Origin: Archangiaceae bacterium
Lineage (GTDB): Bacteria > Myxococcota > Myxococcia > Myxococcales > Myxococcaceae
Reading direction: 5' to 3'
Length of the DNA: 12,814 nt
Assembly (NCBI GenBank): GCA_043750125.1
Contig: JAYVCD010000355.1
Location: 1 to 12,814 of the forward strand
Positions 8,209 through 12,814 of the stretch are shown here, piece by piece (the stretch's first letter is position 1; every line of letters starts with the position of its first letter). The notes under the pieces were generated by a model that did not search any database, had not been told where the DNA came from, and saw only the letters and a program-made list of their open reading frames with translations. The position numbers and the translations under genes are program-made.

Positions 8209-8627
8209 GCGACGTGCCTATTTCGCAGGTGAAGAATCTTGCTCTGGCCAACCTCGAGGCGGTGACGCTGCAACCGCTGAAAGAGATCGAACCCGGTGTC
8301 TTTGTCGGAGAGTGGACCGACTCACACATCGCCGCCCGGCTCTCTTTGCCCCAGCTCGTTCGCGGGATGCCGGTGAAGGGCACGCCAATCGCGTTCACGT
8401 CGACCACGGGCACATTCGTCGTCGCGGGATCCGACGACCCAGCCGGCCTGCTCCGAGCGTTCGAGCTGTCGGCCTCGTGTCTGACGACCGAGACCGCGGA
8501 GCAGACGCTGACGAACCACCCGTGGATCCTCGATGCAGCGGGATTGAAGCGTTGGGAGGTTCCGTCGGCTCACCCGCTCGCCGCCCACCTGAAAACCGCC
8601 CACGCCTCGCAACAGCAGCGGTCGTGA
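8205..8627 (+). CDS. Hypothetical protein, DUF1444-like; possibly an N-terminally truncated fragment
   Basis: TTG start overlaps the xfp stop (TTGA). ALANL...PGVF...W.D...AARL..P...G.PIAF...F.V.G.DD resembles DUF1444-type proteins (recalled pattern only). Confidence 0.5.
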   Translation: MSDVPISQVKNLALANLEAVTLQPLKEIEPGVFVGEWTDSHIAARLSLPQLVRGMPVKGTPIAFTSTTGTFVVAGSDDPAGLLRAFELSASCLTTETAEQTLTNHPWILDAAGLKRWEVPSAHPLAAHLKTAHASQQQRS

Positions 8628-8707
8628 CGGGCCCTGGTCCATCCGGCCCATGCCGCCCGGCGTCGGACCAGCGAGCGGGCCCAACACCGCGCCACCTCCG
8701 ACCGTCG

Positions 8708-9649
8708 CTAGGGCCTGGGAAAGTTGTCGACCGAGACGCAGCTCTTCGAATCGCCCAACTCGAGAAACGGGGGCCAGGTCTGCTTGACGTAGGTGGTGTT
8801 GAAGGCCGCGTCCCAGCACTCGAACTGGGTGGCTCCTTTGTAGCCCATCGCTCCTTCGGTGACGGTCAGCACCCCGAAGCCCGCGCCGGAAGCCAGCCAC
8901 GCGGTTCCCACATCGAGTCGCGAGATGTTGGGGTCGGTGCTTTTGCTCGTGAAACTCATTCCCCCCGACTTGTCCTCATTTTCCTGGTACCCATAATCGA
9001 GGCTCTGCAGCACCTGTCCGGGCTTGACGGTGAACTTCATCACCACCGTGACGGGGAACATGTCGGTGACGTAGCTCACCTCGATTTTTTCCAGTAACTC
9101 GAGGGCCTTCGCCGTCTTCAGTTGATGTGCGACCGCGTCTGCCGCGTGGATGATCAGCGCGCCACTTCCCTTGCGCAGTGACTCGGACGCCTTGAACGAG
9201 CCGGTGACGGTGTCGAAGAACTCGCCGTCCTTCGGCCGGTGCTGGAAGGCGTAGGTAAAGTTCTTGTCGTCGACCTTGGTAATCACGGCCCGAAATTCGA
9301 AGCCCGGGTTGTCCTTGTCTGCCCACGGGCCCCAGGTGCGCGACTCGTCGGTGCGGCTCGTCGGAGGGTAAGAGCGAATGAGGTCCAGGGCCCCGACCAG
9401 GAATGTGAGGATTCCGTTGAACTTGTCGGAAGCGTCCTTCGAGTCGGTATACCGCTGCGAGCGTTCGCCAATCGCGAGTGCATCGCGCCGGGTTCCTTCG
9501 CCGGCCAGGGCTCCGGCGGTGCCGGTCGGCAGCTTGGATCTCAGCTGCTCTTTGGTCGGCATGGCATTGAGGAACTCGAGGTCCTTGTTCGACCAGTTGC
9601 CACAACCGGAAATCATCAGGCAGCTGCACAGAAGCGCGATTGTTTTCAT
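8708..9649 (-). CDS. Uncharacterised lipoprotein (313 aa), last gene of the ECF/caspase operon
   Basis: MKTIALLCSCLMISG-C lipobox; 3 nt after the caspase stop; beta-rich C-half ending ECWDAAF...G...C. Confidence 0.85.
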   Translation of the reverse strand: MKTIALLCSCLMISGCGNWSNKDLEFLNAMPTKEQLRSKLPTGTAGALAGEGTRRDALAIGERSQRYTDSKDASDKFNGILTFLVGALDLIRSYPPTSRTDESRTWGPWADKDNPGFEFRAVITKVDDKNFTYAFQHRPKDGEFFDTVTGSFKASESLRKGSGALIIHAADAVAHQLKTAKALELLEKIEVSYVTDMFPVTVVMKFTVKPGQVLQSLDYGYQENEDKSGGMSFTSKSTDPNISRLDVGTAWLASGAGFGVLTVTEGAMGYKGATQFECWDAAFNTTYVKQTWPPFLELGDSKSCVSVDNFPRP

Positions 9650-9652
9650 GAC

Positions 9653-11317
9653 CTAGTCCCGAAACTCATAGTTGAGAACCGACGCCAATTCGAGATACCC
9701 AAAGTTTCTCACCTGATCGACGTTGTACAAAAGGTAGTGAAGGCGCCCACGCACGCTGATCGACACGCTCTTGCTGATGCGCAGCTTGAGCCCGACCACC
9801 GCGCCCGGTGAGAACGTCTGATAGTTCTGCGCCGGCAGGCCCGAGCCCGGAAACTCGCGACCCATGATGTTCAACCCCAACCGAATGCCAAGGAAGGGGA
9901 CCCAGGTGCTGTCCGGCCACTCGTAGAGAACCGAGCTGCCGACCGAGAGCAGCGAGTAGCGGTAGCCGGTCGTCAACGCTCCGGTCTTCAAAATCCCATT
10001 GGCAAAGCCATACAGCCCATCGATTCCGATTCCGAAGCCCTTGCCGAACGCGTTGTGGAACGTCGCGTCGATTCCGACCACCGGGGCTGAAGGAAACGTG
10101 CCTCCATTCGAGAGCGGCTGATCGAAGACCAGCTGGTAGCTGCCTGAGGCGCCCAGGCTCCAGTGACGGGTGTAGATGAGGTTGCGCTCGACGCCCTTGA
10201 CCGGATCGTCGGCGAACGCGACGTTCTTCAAGCGCGTTTCATCGAGCACCGCCAGTTGCCCCGCGGCGACGGACACCTCACCCACGCGCAGGTGGTCCAC
10301 CAGCCGCCGCTTGACCACGTAGCGCCCGGGGGCCAGCGCGACCCGCCGTTCGACATTGGCCACCTTCGACAGCTCAGCGACCACGAAGCCCCTCGGGTCG
10401 ATCAGAAAGTACGTCCCCGCTGGAACCGCCGCCGGAAACTGCAGCCCTTCCTTGCGGTCGGCAAAATCGGTGAGAACCAGGTCGCCGTTGCCCGCCAGGT
10501 CGAAGCTGAACGTGGGGTGCTGGGCGCCGGCGGCACTCTCGGCGGTGTCGGCGACAGTTCGCTCGTAGGCGTAGGCATAGGCCTCACCCAGGCTGACCTT
10601 CCCGTCTCCGCTGCGGTCCGCGTCGCCGAGCAGGCCACTGGCGAGGTGGTGCGAAAAGTAGCTCCCGCCGATCACATCGGACTCTTGCGAGTCTTCGTCC
10701 GAGGCGCTGGACGTGAGGATCACCAGGCCCTTCGTCGCCCGCGTTTCATCGGCTTCGACTTCGAAGGCGGGGGCCCGGCGGGCTCCCTTGGCGCGGGTCA
10801 TCGTCCCCGATCGACAGGCGTCGAACACCGCGACCCTCATGTCCGCGGGAGACTGGGCCAGCCGCGCCTTCAGCGATTCCATCGGAAGCTTGCTCGACCC
10901 CAGCCGCAGCGCCCCGTCCTTCGCGTGCCCTGAAAAGTAGAAGAAGAGCGAAGTGCGATTGCCCTGGGTGCGGGCGTCTTTGGCGCGACGCTCGAGCTCT
11001 GCCAGCGCGGTCAGCAGATCCTGGGCGTCGGCGTTGAGCAGCAGCATCGCGTCGGGCTCCTGCACCCCTCCGACCCGGGTGAGGATCGCGTGCAGCTTGC
11101 GTGCATCGTCGCGGGCATAGAGCAGCTCGCGCGTTCCGGGCCCGCCTTCGTCATTGCCCGCGATCAACGCGAACCTCCGAATCGGCCCGGAAGGCCCGGC
11201 CGTCGCCGCGGGCATGGGCGCCCACCCCTCTTGCCCCGATGCTGAGCCCGTGAGCATCAGACCCAGCCAAAGCCAGTGACCGCGCGAGGGTCGAGCGGTG
11301 GTGAAGCGCGAAGTCAC
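9653..11317 (-). CDS. Exported caspase-family (Peptidase C14) protease with Ig/PEGA-like linker and probable C-terminal outer-membrane beta-barrel
   Basis: N-terminal hydrophobic signal (WLWLGLMLTGSASG); RFALIAGN, L.YA.DDA, catalytic FYFSGH131 and VFDAC168RSG, SYFSHHL..GL.G.AD, QHP. The last ~170 aa have alternating amphipathic strands ending LNYEFRD. GTGA overlap with the upstream gene. Confidence 0.9.
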   Translation of the reverse strand: MTSRFTTARPSRGHWLWLGLMLTGSASGQEGWAPMPAATAGPSGPIRRFALIAGNDEGGPGTRELLYARDDARKLHAILTRVGGVQEPDAMLLLNADAQDLLTALAELERRAKDARTQGNRTSLFFYFSGHAKDGALRLGSSKLPMESLKARLAQSPADMRVAVFDACRSGTMTRAKGARRAPAFEVEADETRATKGLVILTSSASDEDSQESDVIGGSYFSHHLASGLLGDADRSGDGKVSLGEAYAYAYERTVADTAESAAGAQHPTFSFDLAGNGDLVLTDFADRKEGLQFPAAVPAGTYFLIDPRGFVVAELSKVANVERRVALAPGRYVVKRRLVDHLRVGEVSVAAGQLAVLDETRLKNVAFADDPVKGVERNLIYTRHWSLGASGSYQLVFDQPLSNGGTFPSAPVVGIDATFHNAFGKGFGIGIDGLYGFANGILKTGALTTGYRYSLLSVGSSVLYEWPDSTWVPFLGIRLGLNIMGREFPGSGLPAQNYQTFSPGAVVGLKLRISKSVSISVRGRLHYLLYNVDQVRNFGYLELASVLNYEFRD

Positions 11318-12087
11318 GGCTTGAGAAAAGTCCGATGAAATTGCTCGCCGGGAAGGTCCAGAGTTCCCAGCTGCGACAGGTTGCCCCGCGCTTCGTCATA
11401 GCGGGCCCGGGCCGCGCGGCGAACGTCTTCCACGTCGATCGGGTCGGCGGTCATCACCACGACCAGCCGCTCGAGGCCGTGCCCGGTGAACTCGAGACTG
11501 TCCGACAGGTATTCCTTCGCCCCGTCGTTGCGCACCCGAATGCTGGGCCCGCGCTCGGGGTACAGCGCCGTCACCTCGCCGCTCTCGTCGATGCTCACCG
11601 CGGCGAGGTAGCGGTAGTTGCCGGCGCGGAACCCGATTCGGACCCGTTCGCCGTGGCCGAGCGCCTCGGGAAGCAGGGGATCAGGCGACCCCATGCGCTG
11701 CGGGCCGTTGGCCTGTCCGGCGATCACCACTTCGACTTCGCTGCCGCCCTTGAGTCGGTGGGTGGGCTCGCCGGTCGTCGCGCGCATCACCAGAGGGATT
11801 CCGGCCAGCAACAACACCGTCGCCGCGATCGCGATCAAGATCTTGACCGGCCCTCCCGTGGTCTTCGGAGTCGGCCTCGGCTGACGCATCGCTCGCTCGA
11901 CACCGGCCGCAAAGCGCTCGAACGGAATCGCGGCTTCGAAGCTCTGCTGCTGCTCTTGAAGTTGGGTCAGCCGCGCCTTGCAGTCCGTACAGCCGGTCAG
12001 GTGGGTGGATATGGCTTCGATCGTTTCGCCCGTGAGCAGCCGACGCAGCTCGATTTCCCGGGGGTGAAGGGGGGCTGCTGGATTCAT
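11314..12087 (-). CDS. Transmembrane anti-sigma factor: zf-HC2 (ZAS) + TM + DUF4384
   Basis: HLTGCTDC = HxxxCxxC; TM ILIAIAATVLLLAGIPLVM; periplasmic L..GERVRI.F...YLAAVSIDESGEVTALYP is DUF4384-like; ATGA overlap with the sigma gene. Confidence 0.85.
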   Translation of the reverse strand: MNPAAPLHPREIELRRLLTGETIEAISTHLTGCTDCKARLTQLQEQQQSFEAAIPFERFAAGVERAMRQPRPTPKTTGGPVKILIAIAATVLLLAGIPLVMRATTGEPTHRLKGGSEVEVVIAGQANGPQRMGSPDPLLPEALGHGERVRIGFRAGNYRYLAAVSIDESGEVTALYPERGPSIRVRNDGAKEYLSDSLEFTGHGLERLVVVMTADPIDVEDVRRAARARYDEARGNLSQLGTLDLPGEQFHRTFLKP

Positions 12088-12614
12088 GGCTCGTCGAACT
12101 CCGCCTTTGTTGCCGCAGCGAACTCACGCAGGCGTTTGCGAATGGTGGGCACCGAACGGCCCAGAAGTACCCCGATCTCTTCCAGCGTCATCTCGTCGAC
12201 CCAGTAGTGCACGACGGCCGACTGGGTCTCGAGGTCGAAATTTTCCAGCGCCCGCCGCACCAGGTCGCGCTTCTCGAGCAGGTGAGGGCCGCCGTGACCT
12301 TCACCGCGGTTCTGCTCGTCGCGCGCGTATTGCCCCTTCCACTTCGCCGCATCTGAGCGCAGCAGATTGAGGCAATGGTGGGTGCTGATCTTGAGCAGCC
12401 AGGTGAGGGGAGACGACTCGCCGCGAAATTCGCGCTCATGAACCATGGCTCTGGCGAATACGTCCTGCATCGCGTCCTCCGCCTTGGCGGAATCCTTCAA
12501 GAGGTACTGACAGCGGCCGTACACCGTGCTGCCGAACTTCACGTACAGCTCTTTCAACCAGACACGCCCAGCGCTCTTTCCCCCTTCGATGACTTCGAGC
12601 GCCGGACGGTTCAT
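12084..12614 (-). CDS. ECF RNA polymerase sigma-70 factor
   Basis: Region 2 AEDAMQDVF...TWLLKISTHHCLNLLR; region 4 EMTLEEIGVLLGRSVPTIRKRL; 176 aa. Confidence 0.93.
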   Translation of the reverse strand: MNRPALEVIEGGKSAGRVWLKELYVKFGSTVYGRCQYLLKDSAKAEDAMQDVFARAMVHEREFRGESSPLTWLLKISTHHCLNLLRSDAAKWKGQYARDEQNRGEGHGGPHLLEKRDLVRRALENFDLETQSAVVHYWVDEMTLEEIGVLLGRSVPTIRKRLREFAAATKAEFDEP

Positions 12615-12646
12615 GCACCGTTAGTTTACCTACGACTGCGCTCCAT

Positions 12647-12814
12647 TCAGGGAGCGACGAGTGAGAAGTCAGCGGTCTTGAAGGCGCAAGCGCTTTCGGC
12701 GCCCCAACCGCCGGTGGGTGCAAACGACGCCACCAGGTAGCGCGAGGCGAAGTTGCTGTCCCAGCACTCGCTGAAGGTCGCTTCCGAGGTCAGGTTGCCT
12801 CCGTTGACCTTCAC
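12647..12814 (-). CDS. 3' end of an upstream gene, paralogous to the 8708..9649 lipoprotein (partial)
   Basis: Manual translation VKVNGGNLTSEATFSECWDSNFASRYLVASFAPTGGWGAESACAFKTADFSLVAP*, stop at 12647-12649. Shares ECWDxxF-x3-Y-x6-P-x4-G-x4-C with the downstream lipoprotein. Confidence 0.8.
   Translation of the reverse strand: MKVNGGNLTSEATFSECWDSNFASRYLVASFAPTGGWGAESACAFKTADFSLVAP

Noticed and set aside
8629-8682. GC-rich stem-loop between convergent genes as a terminator
   Set aside because: Imperfect, no U-tract on either strand, and likely by chance at this GC content.
2117-12207. Long alternative ORFs (2117..3466+, 3614..4903+, 6142..7326-, 8063..9097+, 10163..10933+, 11335..12207+ and others)
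   Set aside because: Antisense or off-frame shadows of well-supported genes, expected at high GC; no recognisable motifs.
12615-12660. Autoregulatory ECF promoter in the short gap before the sigma gene (GTCGTA, TAAACT on the minus strand)
   Set aside because: No convincing -35 at proper spacing; cannot be distinguished from read-through from the upstream gene.

Overview
GC-rich bacterial DNA whose gene content points to Myxococcota (inferred from Cys-rich lipoproteins and an ECF/anti-sigma/caspase cluster). Left to right: (1) a broken IS21-family element with a 5'-truncated istB, a translationally coupled extra gene and an intact-looking right end at ~1031, inserted into a cupin gene and fused on its left to an opposite-strand HTH fragment; (2) two minus-strand lipoproteins, one with a sigma54-type promoter and one Cys-rich; (3) an AAA_14/DUF4143 ATPase divergent from a Phd/YefM-RelE/ParE toxin-antitoxin pair, each with its own palindrome; (4) a phosphoketolase and a small DUF1444-like ORF; (5) a tightly coupled minus-strand operon of ECF sigma, zinc-finger/TM/DUF4384 anti-sigma, exported caspase-family protease fused to a probable outer-membrane beta-barrel, and a lipoprotein, with the 3' end of a paralogous lipoprotein upstream. 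The best candidate for an undescribed system is (5), a putative trans-envelope caspase-triggered ECF cascade with a shared R-x-K-G motif. The second is the IS21 accessory gene, which resembles a catalytically dead IS110/RuvC-like fold ending in a beta-clamp motif. All family calls were made by eye; no searches were run.
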